Notes under the pieces: model-generated
Told to the model about the DNA's origin: nothing
Databases searched by the model: none
Seen by the model: only the letters and a program-made list of their open reading frames with translations
Shown here: one piece after another, positions 1 to 8,945 of the stretch
Numbering within the stretch: the first letter of the stretch is position 1
How the letters are laid out: each line of letters opens with the position of its first letter
DNA from: a virus
Lineage: Duplodnaviria; Caudoviricetes
DNA: 55,195 nt
Strand: one strand, 5' to 3'
Virus record (IMG/VR): IMGVR_UViG_3300017735_000009
Coordinates: 1-55,195 of that record
Program-made: the position numbers and the translations under genes

Positions 1-203
1 AACCATCTTTTAAATTGTATAAACTCTATATCTCTATCATCATGGAATACTTCTATCCACACTTTGAAGTGAAATATATGTCTGTGCTTATATCCTAAAA
101 AGGATACATCATACTCATCTCCTGTCGCTGTAGCAGGGTTTGTGTCTGCTCCAGGATAAAAGTGTATGCCTTCTTTACTAAATGTTACCCAAATACTTCT
201 CAC
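1..203 (-). CDS. QueD-like / 6-pyruvoyl-tetrahydropterin synthase-like (T-fold) protein, 5' part, runs off the window
   Basis: Not in the ORF track. My translation from GTG at 203 (GTGA overlap with the upstream stop) is MRSIWVTFSKEGIHFYPGAD...DVSFLGYKHRHIFHFKVWIEVFHDDRDIEFIQFKRW. The H...HxH pattern resembles the phage QueD-like family. Confidence 0.65.
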   Translation of the reverse strand, partial: MRSIWVTFSKEGIHFYPGADTNPATATGDEYDVSFLGYKHRHIFHFKVWIEVFHDDRDIEFIQFKRW

Positions 204-385
204 GACCAACCTCCGTCAATGCCTTCCATTACTTCATTCATATGACCTAAGAGTTGTGTGATCGCTTCATCGTAGTCACCAATCTCATAGTCAACGTCAT
301 CTTGTTCTTTGAACATTGCCTTTACTTGATCACCGTATTGGATAACCATTTCAAGTTGTTCTCTCATCTCATCTGATATTGCCAT
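200..385 (-). CDS. hypothetical acidic protein
   Basis: 61-aa ORF with GGAGG RBS, tightly packed with its neighbours. Confidence 0.7.
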   Translation of the reverse strand: MAISDEMREQLEMVIQYGDQVKAMFKEQDDVDYEIGDYDEAITQLLGHMNEVMEGIDGGWS

Positions 386-483
386 TAGTTTGCCTCCATT
401 GCAATTAGCATGAATAACATAATCCCCGCTACAATTAAGAACGGAGAAAAGTTAATAAGTAAATTTTTATCCTGCTTGTTCAT
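385..483 (-). CDS. small membrane protein (32 aa)
   Basis: Own translation MNKQDKNLLINFSPFLIVAGIMLFMLIAMEAN; fills the gap with start/stop overlaps on both sides. Confidence 0.6.
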   Translation of the reverse strand: MNKQDKNLLINFSPFLIVAGIMLFMLIAMEAN

Positions 484-908
484 GCTTCCTTGCTCGGGTC
501 CCATATAGTTAGGTTTTTAGTTTTTAGCCTATTAGTTACAATAGTCCATCTATTCTGCTCTTCCTTCCATTCCTTTAACCACTTATGACCATCACGTTCT
601 GCATCAACAAAGATTGCATTTGTCATAGCCAGTGGCACAAGAATTGCGGCATGAATAAAAATACTTGCAACTGTGTTATACCCAAACAAACCTAAGTAGT
701 TTGATGCCAAGAATCCAAACCATACACTCCAAATAGTAAACAGCACTAACATAAAGTAAGTCTGTAAACTTGGGTCTGGGATATACTTTAGTGGATTATA
801 CTTAACACTCATTACACGTCTCCAGCCTGCTACTGTGGACATTACTGCTCGTCTAAACAGACTTGGCTTTTTCATTGTAGGTTCAATTTTACTCATTTCA
901 TTCTCCAT
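480..908 (-). CDS. hypothetical membrane protein (2 TM)
   Basis: ORF with two hydrophobic segments. Confidence 0.75.
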   Translation of the reverse strand: MENEMSKIEPTMKKPSLFRRAVMSTVAGWRRVMSVKYNPLKYIPDPSLQTYFMLVLFTIWSVWFGFLASNYLGLFGYNTVASIFIHAAILVPLAMTNAIFVDAERDGHKWLKEWKEEQNRWTIVTNRLKTKNLTIWDPSKEA

Positions 909-1011
909 TCTTTAATCTAACAGTTATATATTCTTTTATTACATGCATACCGTATGATAACCATGTAACTACTATTAAACTCCAAAACAGTATAACAATA
1001 CTGTCAATCAT
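898..1011 (-). CDS. small membrane protein (37 aa)
   Basis: Own translation MIDSIVILFWSLIVVTWLSYGMHVIKEYITVRLKNGE; fills the gap. Confidence 0.55.
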   Translation of the reverse strand: MIDSIVILFWSLIVVTWLSYGMHVIKEYITVRLKNGE

Positions 1012-1216
1012 AAATATGACTAAACTTTTTAAGTGCTTCTTCTCTGGTCATACCCCATTCCTCTAACACTTCATCAATTTCAAAGTCATAGTATGCACCG
1101 GTAATCCTTCGCAGTTGTGATCTATGACTTAGTATAACTGAACTAATCCAACAGCCATATGCCATAATACTAATTAATACAACACCAAATATAAACACCA
1201 GAATATCAATCATCAT
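1004..1216 (-). CDS. hypothetical membrane protein
   Basis: 70-aa ORF with an N-terminal TM segment. Confidence 0.65.
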   Translation of the reverse strand: MMIDILVFIFGVVLISIMAYGCWISSVILSHRSQLRRITGAYYDFEIDEVLEEWGMTREEALKKFSHIYD

Positions 1217-1340
1217 CCCAATATTCTCCGTCGCTAAGTGCTACTAACTTATCTTTGAAGTCTGTGACAATAGCAATAACGTCCTCAATCTCTGAGGCGT
1301 CTTCTTTAGTGTCAATCTCAACTTCGATTTTAATCTTCAT
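1206..1340 (-). CDS. hypothetical protein (44 aa)
   Basis: Own translation MKIKIEVEIDTKEDASEIEDVIAIVTDFKDKLVALSDGEYWDDD; lies directly downstream of a sigma70-type promoter. Confidence 0.6.
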   Translation of the reverse strand: MKIKIEVEIDTKEDASEIEDVIAIVTDFKDKLVALSDGEYWDDD

Positions 1341-1360
1341 ATTTCTTTACCTTGTGTAAC

Positions 1361-1390
1361 ATTATAGCAAATTTACTATATATGTCAACC
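1361..1390 (-). promoter_or_regulatory. sigma70-type promoter GGTTGACA-N16-TATAAT
   Basis: TGTCAA at 1383-1388 and ATTATA at 1361-1366 on the + strand. Confidence 0.75.
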
Positions 1391-1584
1391 TATAATTCCT
1401 CTTGTTTTGCAACAAATTGTTTAGCACCTTCATGCGTATTAAATATACGTTCGTACACTACCTTACCATCTTTATAAGCGGCAACTCTATACTTCTCGCC
1501 GCTGTCTGGTTTATTATCTTTGCTCTCACCGTAGTACACAGGCCAAATTGCATAATCGTCTACATCTAAATTTATCTTTGTCAT
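1390..1584 (-). CDS. hypothetical protein
   Basis: 64-aa ORF with AGGAG RBS. Confidence 0.65.
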   Translation of the reverse strand: MTKINLDVDDYAIWPVYYGESKDNKPDSGEKYRVAAYKDGKVVYERIFNTHEGAKQFVAKQEEL

Positions 1585-1742
1585 ACAATATGCTCCTGTC
1601 TATCTCTTTTTGCAGTGTGCTTAACACCTGACTTAGTAGTGTATTCATCTGTGATACCTTTACTACCTTCGTCTCCAAATAATAATCCTATAATAGCAAT
1701 TATACTTGCTATCATACCTGCGGCTAATATTACACCATCCAT
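1581..1742 (-). CDS. small membrane protein (53 aa)
   Basis: Own translation MDGVILAAGMIASIIAIIGLLFGDEGSKG...QEHIV; ATGA overlap with the next gene. Confidence 0.6.
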   Translation of the reverse strand: MDGVILAAGMIASIIAIIGLLFGDEGSKGITDEYTTKSGVKHTAKRDRQEHIV

Positions 1743-1985
1743 TTACTTCCTCTTTCTATAAAAATTCCAAATGCCATAAACACTTAGTCCAAACCAAAAT
1801 ACTTCTATAACCATACTTGCTAAGTTAAAACTATACAGTAAACTAACTGTGACAAGTATTGCAACAACCATGTTGTTAAAACTATACCAAAAACCTTTAG
1901 GATCTATCCTGTCAAACTGTAGCATTGCATAAGTAACAATTAGTAATGCTACTCCAATTAATCCTACAACGTCTGGTATACTCAT
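1743..1985 (-). CDS. CBU_0592-like small 3-TM membrane protein
   Basis: Pattern DxxGxxGV..Y..LQ..Y...N......SL...FNLAS..IE.FW...S.YG. Confidence 0.7.
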   Translation of the reverse strand: MSIPDVVGLIGVALLIVTYAMLQFDRIDPKGFWYSFNNMVVAILVTVSLLYSFNLASMVIEVFWFGLSVYGIWNFYRKRK

Positions 1986-2113
1986 TTATAAAACTTACTC
2001 CACCATTCCTTGGTAACTTCTTCTGTGTATTTGTGTGAGTATATAAATGCAATTGCACCAAATACCATTGGGCACATCATTACTGCAAGTACGCCTAATA
2101 ATCCTATATCCAT
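1982..2113 (-). CDS. small membrane protein (43 aa)
   Basis: Own translation MDIGLLGVLAVMMCPMVFGAIAFIYSHKYTEEVTKEWWSKFYK; overlapping start/stop with neighbours. Confidence 0.6.
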   Translation of the reverse strand: MDIGLLGVLAVMMCPMVFGAIAFIYSHKYTEEVTKEWWSKFYK

Positions 2114-2622
2114 TAGTCTATGATCTCATCTTTGGTATACTTGGTCCAATCGGTAAACACTTTCCTGTCTAATAGATCGTGTAACGGATGTACCCATACA
2201 CCTGGGTTTGTTGCCTTAAAGTCTTTGTCGTCTAACTTGATACAAGCATTGTAATTCAACTGACCAACGTAAGGCAACCTAACACTAATCATTGGAATAA
2301 AAGTGTTATACTCTGTCATACCACACTCTAACACATCTGCATGTAATTCTACAGGATAATCTAATGTTACCCATATATCATCCTTTAGTAGAGTTGTGGC
2401 TAAGTATTCCCAGTCTTTCCAATCCTGTTCAGTCTCGGGTGCAAAACTCATGTTAGCACCTAAGTAGATGTGAGGACAGTTGTTATTCAATGCCCTTGCT
2501 AATATCTCTTTAGGATTCTGTAAGCCAATAACAAACAATGTTCGCTGTCCATAAGCAGGAGACTTCTCAACCTCTGTGCCTATAAAGAACTTAGTATCGT
2601 CTGTGTATCCGTCTCTGTCCAT
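2113..2622 (-). CDS. conserved phage hypothetical protein
   Basis: 169-aa ORF with FFxGxEVE..P..G..TLFV and KLDDKDF.ATNPGVW motifs that I recall from large phages; function unknown. Confidence 0.75.
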   Translation of the reverse strand: MDRDGYTDDTKFFIGTEVEKSPAYGQRTLFVIGLQNPKEILARALNNNCPHIYLGANMSFAPETEQDWKDWEYLATTLLKDDIWVTLDYPVELHADVLECGMTEYNTFIPMISVRLPYVGQLNYNACIKLDDKDFKATNPGVWVHPLHDLLDRKVFTDWTKYTKDEIID

Positions 2623-2813
2623 TAGTATGATGTGTATCCTAACTTAACTAAATTGTTTTGGTATTGTAATGCTTCCATTACATCAGTTGCACGTGATGTA
2701 GGTGCACCGTTAAATGATTCACTAATGATCACAGTACTGCCATTCTCATCAATATAGAATGCAACATCGTGTCCTTCGTGAGAGTATGTACCTTGATACA
2801 GTTTGTCTGTCAT
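2622..2813 (-). CDS. hypothetical protein
   Basis: 63-aa ORF, translationally coupled to its neighbours. Confidence 0.65.
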   Translation of the reverse strand: MTDKLYQGTYSHEGHDVAFYIDENGSTVIISESFNGAPTSRATDVMEALQYQNNLVKLGYTSY

Positions 2814-3184
2814 TATAGATCTCCTTCTTTAACAAAGATACCATCGATCATTTTACCTTTACGATCTTTGATATCACCGTATGCCTGTGCAAGACAGGCA
2901 TCAAGACTGTAACCATTGCGTTCCATAATGTTGATCAATACAACAATCATGTCACCAATGTCGTCCTGCATGTCTTTGCCTTTACAACAATTGTCTGATA
3001 GCTCACCCATTTCCTGTATTAGTTTTAATATTTGATCTTTGTCTGTGCTACCATCAATTAGATTTCTATCGTGGTGCCATTGCCTAATTGCTTTGTCCCA
3101 CATATCAACCCTTTCACCCTCTGACATATTTGGGTGTACTGTATTTTTGTTGTTTTTAAATATACCAAACATATTAAATTTCAT
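2813..3184 (-). CDS. MazG-like nucleotide pyrophosphohydrolase
   Basis: W..DRNL..Q..KL.QEMGEL...DDIGD..VVL...AY..IKDRKGKMIDG.FVKE. Confidence 0.85.
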   Translation of the reverse strand: MKFNMFGIFKNNKNTVHPNMSEGERVDMWDKAIRQWHHDRNLIDGSTDKDQILKLIQEMGELSDNCCKGKDMQDDIGDMIVVLINIMERNGYSLDACLAQAYGDIKDRKGKMIDGIFVKEGDL

Positions 3185-3192
3185 GTGTCTTC

Positions 3193-4758
3193 CTATAGGT
3201 TAAATAAACTTAATGCTTCTTGTTTAACGGATTCATCTGCATCACCGCCCATGCTTAAATGATCTAACAGTTCTTTGTTGTCTGCTATAATCTTACGTGG
3301 ATTAGTACACTTAGGATCTAATACTTCTTGTACAAGACTTGTGAAATAATATATGTTCACTGGAACATAGGGTGATATTTCTTGCGCCTTACTGCTTTTT
3401 TTCTTGGGTTTAATCCAGTTGGTATAATGTACGGCATCTCGAAACGATTCGACATCTGCCAATCTGTTTGCTTCTTGTACTGCATCAATGTGATTAAACA
3501 CACTATGACCCATATAGTAAAGATAAGTTTGAGTATCCCAGGTTGTACTATCTCGTTCTGCATATAATTGATTACCTTGATCGTCAAGTTTAGGTTCACC
3601 ATGCTTGTCTACAAGTGGTTGTCCTTCACTGAACTTTAAGTTGCCGTTTTTGTCTTTGGCACCTGGTCCCATAGTACATAAGTCGCCCATTGTTAGTCGA
3701 CTCATCACAGGACTGTGACCGAATGGAGCAGGCAAATCACTGCCTACCAAGTTCTGCTGATCAAATGCTCTGTCCATAAAGTATCCGAACTTACCTGGCT
3801 CGAAGAAGTTATGTGCATAAGTTTGACCATATGCAGTGTTTACAAAGGGGGATGCGGCGTCGAAACTTAATGTGATATTAGGATTATCATACTGCCTCAA
3901 TAGACGTTGAATAGCAGTTAAGTAACATGCCCATTGCAATTTACCAGTACCAAGGAAGTGTATCCAATCCTTGCCTTCGAGCAAACCGTCTTCTCTTAAA
4001 TCTAAGAGGCGATTTAGAACGCAAGTTAGGTCCTTCATGTTGATACCTGCAAAGGCATATCCCTCGAGCGTTCTATTGGTGTCACCGTATACTTCGGACA
4101 CAAAACTGGGTTGACTGAAACACTTCACTGCTTCGTACCAAGCCTTACTGGTGGCATCATCCGTGCCACTTAAAACGTTAAGGAACTTGGTGGCGCCTGG
4201 CGTCCTATTCTGCAAAAAGTAATGCAGGTTTAGAAGGCTTATGTCCAAAGTGTCTTGGAATGACGTCAAGCCAGTTTTCTTACTCAGAGGTTCGACAGCC
4301 GCAAATGCTGGTATGTCTAAAGTCATGCTCCAGTCGGCTGTATGTTCGAGCCAACGCAAAATCTTTTCACAGATAGCCAGTCTTGCTGGATCGTTCTGGT
4401 CCTTTGCGTTTGCCCAATCGAGTTTTAGTACACCAGTAGCAATCTGAAATCCGCCACTGTCTCCTAAAAGTGTTGTTACTCCTCTATCTCTGTCTTGTAT
4501 CATTGGCTCGTCTTCATGACTCTTAGTAATATCTAAGTGAGCATGTCCAGCCGAATACAATCCAAATGGATAGTGATAGTATGAATCTTTGTTCTTTAAA
4601 AAGTCGAGTCCTTCGTTGCCTAATTCAAACCCTGCAGGTGTACGACTTTCGTTAGGTACTTTGTTAACAATCTTGTCTAATTGTTTTGTATAGAAACTAC
4701 TAATAGCAGGTAAGTATACCGCATAGTCTTTCTGTGATTTACCTAAGTCTTTCATCAA
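3193..4758 (-). CDS. TGT-fold guanine transglycosylase (DpdA-like or tRNA-guanine transglycosylase-like)
   Basis: Motifs LGDSGGFQ, MTLDIP, IHFLG and SFDAASP match TGT/DpdA catalytic segments; no CxCxxC zinc site seen. Confidence 0.75.
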   Translation of the reverse strand: MMKDLGKSQKDYAVYLPAISSFYTKQLDKIVNKVPNESRTPAGFELGNEGLDFLKNKDSYYHYPFGLYSAGHAHLDITKSHEDEPMIQDRDRGVTTLLGDSGGFQIATGVLKLDWANAKDQNDPARLAICEKILRWLEHTADWSMTLDIPAFAAVEPLSKKTGLTSFQDTLDISLLNLHYFLQNRTPGATKFLNVLSGTDDATSKAWYEAVKCFSQPSFVSEVYGDTNRTLEGYAFAGINMKDLTCVLNRLLDLREDGLLEGKDWIHFLGTGKLQWACYLTAIQRLLRQYDNPNITLSFDAASPFVNTAYGQTYAHNFFEPGKFGYFMDRAFDQQNLVGSDLPAPFGHSPVMSRLTMGDLCTMGPGAKDKNGNLKFSEGQPLVDKHGEPKLDDQGNQLYAERDSTTWDTQTYLYYMGHSVFNHIDAVQEANRLADVESFRDAVHYTNWIKPKKKSSKAQEISPYVPVNIYYFTSLVQEVLDPKCTNPRKIIADNKELLDHLSMGGDADESVKQEALSLFNL

Positions 4759-5511
4759 TTAACCCTGTGCTGGTAAGTAGTATTTGTATTCACTGATACC
4801 ACTATCAACTGTAATCTTTAATACACCTTGGTTCATGATTTGTAACGCAACGTTAGAACCATCACCAAGTCTAAGAATCTTTAGCACAACATCAAGTGGC
4901 CAATTAAATTCTCTTGTTAGTTCTCCACCAGCAACATCGGATACTTTAATTTTACTTCTGTCTCCGCCTTGATCACCAACGTGGAAGTATAATGCACCAT
5001 CTTCTACTTTGGGTGTAAACATACTTTCGTATTGTCCAAGAATGCTGTTAATAGCAGTTAAGTCTTTTAAGTTCTTCTGTGTAGGCACAATGCTTACTTC
5101 ATATTCTTCTGCACCAACATACTCGATGTTTCCTAATTGTGCATCAATAATACTTGCAGGCATAAACCTAAAGTTTGCTGTGTTACCATCTTCACCTTTC
5201 AGTGCAATTTCAGTAGGTGCATCTTCGCCGTTACGTTCTTCAGTAACAACTTCTACTGTGTCGTTTGCTTCACTAAACATCTTCAAGTAACCATCAAGTA
5301 CTGGAAGTCTATTCCATCCAATAGTTGCGTCAACAAACTCTGGTACTGGTGTTTTAGTGTTAGCAATAAAAATAACTACCTTGTCTGTATCAACTGATAC
5401 AATATCTGTTTGATCAATAGTGCCTGAAATCTTAAGCATCTCAAAGATACCTAAGTTATGTGTGTGCCTCAAAATGTCTTTGAGTGTGTCTTTAATAAAA
5501 TTATCTGCCAT
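4759..5511 (-). CDS. DNA polymerase sliding clamp (gp45-like), putative
   Basis: 250 aa, acidic, C-terminal YxYYLPA, next to the polymerase B gene. Confidence 0.65.
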   Translation of the reverse strand: MADNFIKDTLKDILRHTHNLGIFEMLKISGTIDQTDIVSVDTDKVVIFIANTKTPVPEFVDATIGWNRLPVLDGYLKMFSEANDTVEVVTEERNGEDAPTEIALKGEDGNTANFRFMPASIIDAQLGNIEYVGAEEYEVSIVPTQKNLKDLTAINSILGQYESMFTPKVEDGALYFHVGDQGGDRSKIKVSDVAGGELTREFNWPLDVVLKILRLGDGSNVALQIMNQGVLKITVDSGISEYKYYLPAQG

Positions 5512-5534
5512 GGGTGTTCTCCTGTAAGTGTTGT

Positions 5535-5562
5535 ATTATACTATAGTTTAGTTTATTGTCAA
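5535..5562 (-). promoter_or_regulatory. sigma70-type promoter TTGACA-N16-TATAAT
   Basis: Consensus hexamers upstream of the clamp/TGT operon. Confidence 0.7.
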
Positions 5563-5583
5563 GTGTTTTATTCATATATCTAT

Positions 5584-5841
5584 TTAGATCTTTTGTTGTG
5601 TATCGCCGTATTTTTTTCGATTTCTGTCATCGAAATATAATCTGACGTATGTTTTTCTTGTGATAGCAAACACTGTAAAGATCGATGTCATTATAACACT
5701 GGTCCAAAATGTACCTACTTGCCACACTGTTATGCAAAGATACACTAACAAAAAGTTTAAAGGTACGTTAACAATAAATGCTAACCCTGTATCACTAAGT
5801 GCTTCTTTCAATGCTATTTTAAATTTCTGTTGGTATGTCAT
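5584..5841 (-). CDS. hypothetical membrane protein (2 TM)
   Basis: 85-aa hydrophobic ORF. Confidence 0.7.
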   Translation of the reverse strand: MTYQQKFKIALKEALSDTGLAFIVNVPLNFLLVYLCITVWQVGTFWTSVIMTSIFTVFAITRKTYVRLYFDDRNRKKYGDTQQKI

Positions 5842-5849
5842 GTCTATCC

Positions 5850-8546
5850 TTAGAACTTAAAGAAGTTCTGAACTATTTTATTATCATTGGCACGTTTTAG
5901 ATCCCAACCCATTGCTCCAAGTACATTTTGTATTTTCTTGTTGAGCACACTTTCTTCCATTGCCTCTTCATCGAATGGCAAGTCTTTAAACCATTGAGGC
6001 AATCTTAATTCATCTGTTGGGTATGCAACACTGGTGTAACCCATTGGATTATCTTTTAGTTTACACACAATAACTTTCTGCCCATCCATAATTTCCATAC
6101 TGTAAGCATCGCTGTTACCAACTTTAAGTGTATTCCAGTTGATACTTGCCCTAACATGACCTGGCACCATAACAGTTTCTTTCTTCTTAACACCATCCAA
6201 TCTACGTAGAGTTGGATTCTTCATCAGCGAGTTATGTGCTTCACGTTTTTGTTTAGCCATCTTCTCACCATATGTGGTTAAGTTGTTTACACGTTTAGGC
6301 ATACCTTTCATCCAAGGTTCCATTGCCCTAAAGTCATCTTTAAACAGTTGTATCTTTTTAATTACATCTGCTTCTGGCATACCATCAAGTGCATTGTCTA
6401 ATACTTCTTCAAGGAAGTCCTGTACAAACTCAGGCGTATCACTTCGCTTGATATCCATGCCCATGATCTTTAGTTTACCACCTTCGGGTTGATAGCCTTC
6501 GATGTCTAAACACTTAATAGCATATCGCTTCTTAGTAATAAACAAACCTGAACGACCAACTACTTCTCTGCCAGCCTTCATAACTGAGCCAACTTGCTTA
6601 GGCACATTGAACTCATTTAATAGCATGTCTGGGAACGTGTCACTAACAGTGTCTGATACATGATCATACAATGCAATAGCACTTTCCATGTCTAACTCTT
6701 TATCTTTGGGTAATGCTGGCGTGGCACTAAAATACACAGAGTCAGTGTCACCGTATATCATACAGTCTCCTGTGTGATCATACTTGCCTGTTAACAGCTC
6801 ATTAGTTTTTGCACCCATGTGCTTAGTAATAGCTCTGCCTGTTAGTGTAGTACTCTGTCCTATGCGTTTGTCAAAGAATCTACAATGTGGATTAAGTATC
6901 GCACCATACAAACTGTTCAAGTTAATCTTCTTAACCAACTGTCGCTTATCCCAAAACATTATTTCAGCATCTGTTGTGGCTTCTTTTTTCTTTGCTTGTA
7001 GTTCTTTACGTTCAGCATACCAACGTTCAAGTAGTCCTGGCACTGTGCCCTGCACATCTGTTTTAAAGATAGTACCGTTAGCACTGATGTTCCAAGGTTG
7101 ATCGCTGTTGAATATTAAGTTGTACACATCGCCACCAGTGACATCATGTTCGCCACCATCTTCCATATCTAAAATCATCTTGTGCTTGGTGTCTCTGCCT
7201 ATAACCATTTCGTACTCATTAGTACCAAACTTGCCTAACCAAGCATCAGCAAAACTCTTCTTCTCTAATACAACTTTGTCGTTGATCTCTTGATCAGTAT
7301 AGTCGGGCCTAAGTTGTCCTACAATAGTTTCAGGTGCCATGTTGAGACATCTAATCACACTTGGATATAGACTGTTCAAGTCCATTGAGCCAATCCATTC
7401 GTGAAATCCTACTTTAGGGAATGCCACATAGGCACCAGCCGCCTGTGTATTGTCCTCACGTTTTCTAACTCTGTCAGGCACAACCATGTTACGTCTATGA
7501 CACTCATTGATAATTGCTTGTTCTGTTGTTGCCACAGCACCCATTGTGGTTGGCAATAGCACTGTGTTATCATGTGCAATAGTGTTAGCCAAGTCGATGA
7601 ACTGTAACTTCTGATCTAATTTGTGTAGCAACAATGTATCTTGAATGTTGTATTCTAAGAACAGTTCAAAATCGTGATTGTAAAGTCTATCAAGCGAACC
7701 TTCGTATGCTACTTTCTTTTCACCTACTTCCATCTCACCAATGTAGTCCAGCCTGTAACTGTGTCGCTCTTCATAGTTGTATTTGCGATACAGTTGCATA
7801 TAGTCTAAGTGTACACGACCTATAAGGTCAAATGTCTCACGTTCATTGCCGAATGCTTCATATGTTCTTTGCTTAGGCATCTGATCCCACAAACACAATC
7901 TACGTAATTCATTCTTGCCTAATACTTTAACAATCCTATTCACAGTGTAAGGAATATCATAACCCTCACTGTTCCAACCTGATAAAATATCAGCATCATC
8001 AATGAGATCGAGGAATGTGTTCAGTAGTTCTTTTTCTGTCTTAAACAGCATAACCTCAGGCATCTTACTTGCTATGCTTTGTGCTTGTCCCCAACTAATT
8101 GTTCTGGGTGGTACTGCTAAACATACCATGGCATCCATCCACTGTAAATATACAGCAACAGATGTTATAGGCATAAATGCATCTTCGGGAGAACTGTAAC
8201 CACGTTGTGGATCAAAGTCAACCTCGATATCGAAGAATGCTGTTTGCAGTTTGGGAATGTCAGCATTGAGATAATGCTTTGCTAAACTTTTGTTTAAAGG
8301 TTTGATGTCGCTCTCATACTTTTGTTGAGTGCTGTGTATTGCTACGTTCTTGCGAAACTCTTTTACATTACGACATCGGATTTCTTGTACTGGGTCGCCG
8401 TGGATAGTTCTATGGCTACCACGTGGGTCTTGGATATAGAAGTTGTACTCTGGCTTATGTTCAACAAGCAATCTCTTGCCGTTTACTCTTTCGACTACCT
8501 GAATAGTATCCTTCTTTTTATCGTAGAAGGCATCTACGTAACTCAT
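5850..8546 (-). CDS. DNA polymerase family B with 3'-5' exonuclease
   Basis: FDIE (ExoI), GWNSEGYD (ExoII), YNIQD (ExoIII), DLNSLYPS, KINLNSLYG and YGDTDS motifs. Confidence 0.97.
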   Translation of the reverse strand: MSYVDAFYDKKKDTIQVVERVNGKRLLVEHKPEYNFYIQDPRGSHRTIHGDPVQEIRCRNVKEFRKNVAIHSTQQKYESDIKPLNKSLAKHYLNADIPKLQTAFFDIEVDFDPQRGYSSPEDAFMPITSVAVYLQWMDAMVCLAVPPRTISWGQAQSIASKMPEVMLFKTEKELLNTFLDLIDDADILSGWNSEGYDIPYTVNRIVKVLGKNELRRLCLWDQMPKQRTYEAFGNERETFDLIGRVHLDYMQLYRKYNYEERHSYRLDYIGEMEVGEKKVAYEGSLDRLYNHDFELFLEYNIQDTLLLHKLDQKLQFIDLANTIAHDNTVLLPTTMGAVATTEQAIINECHRRNMVVPDRVRKREDNTQAAGAYVAFPKVGFHEWIGSMDLNSLYPSVIRCLNMAPETIVGQLRPDYTDQEINDKVVLEKKSFADAWLGKFGTNEYEMVIGRDTKHKMILDMEDGGEHDVTGGDVYNLIFNSDQPWNISANGTIFKTDVQGTVPGLLERWYAERKELQAKKKEATTDAEIMFWDKRQLVKKINLNSLYGAILNPHCRFFDKRIGQSTTLTGRAITKHMGAKTNELLTGKYDHTGDCMIYGDTDSVYFSATPALPKDKELDMESAIALYDHVSDTVSDTFPDMLLNEFNVPKQVGSVMKAGREVVGRSGLFITKKRYAIKCLDIEGYQPEGGKLKIMGMDIKRSDTPEFVQDFLEEVLDNALDGMPEADVIKKIQLFKDDFRAMEPWMKGMPKRVNNLTTYGEKMAKQKREAHNSLMKNPTLRRLDGVKKKETVMVPGHVRASINWNTLKVGNSDAYSMEIMDGQKVIVCKLKDNPMGYTSVAYPTDELRLPQWFKDLPFDEEAMEESVLNKKIQNVLGAMGWDLKRANDNKIVQNFFKF

Positions 8547-8609
8547 CTATATTCTCCAAGCATCACTTACGGCTGACGCAATACCAAATTAAAAATAATA
8601 GTTATACTA

Positions 8610-8873
8610 TTATAGTGTTCTACCAACTGTTTCGAGGATAGTTTCAAGTTCATCAAACTTGTCATACTCATCTTGGAAACTGGCTTTGTGTGCAATCTTA
8701 ATTGCTTTGTTTATGATTCCAGGCTTAAGGTCCATCTCTTCAGCAATTGCTTTTACTGTGTCTCTAAGACCTTCACGCAATGTCTCCATCTCGTAGGTAA
8801 CTTGCATACCCTCATCAATTAACTTTTTAAGACGTGCCTGTTCTTCTGCGTTGAATGTTCTATTAAATGCCAT
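8610..8873 (-). CDS. small helical dsDNA-binding protein (T4 DsbA/GapR-like), putative
   Basis: 87-aa coiled coil ...LRDTVKAIAEEMDLKPGIINKAIKIAHK. Confidence 0.55.
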   Translation of the reverse strand: MAFNRTFNAEEQARLKKLIDEGMQVTYEMETLREGLRDTVKAIAEEMDLKPGIINKAIKIAHKASFQDEYDKFDELETILETVGRTL

Positions 8874-8914
8874 GTGTTTTCCTCTGTGTATTGATATTTA
8901 TGTTAACTGGGTAT

Positions 8915-8944
8915 ATTATAACAAAGAATACGGTTAAGTCAACC
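8915..8944 (-). promoter_or_regulatory. sigma70-type promoter GGTTGACT-N16-TATAAT
   Basis: Hexamers at 8937-8942 and 8915-8920. Confidence 0.65.
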
Positions 8945-8945
8945 G

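Noticed and set aside
3850-4450. Locally higher GC in the middle of the TGT-like gene
   Set aside because: Only spot-checked by eye; it could reflect amino-acid composition, which is not enough to claim mosaicism.
5850-8546. Intein or intron in the DNA polymerase
   Set aside because: Motifs are contiguous at normal spacing and the length is typical.
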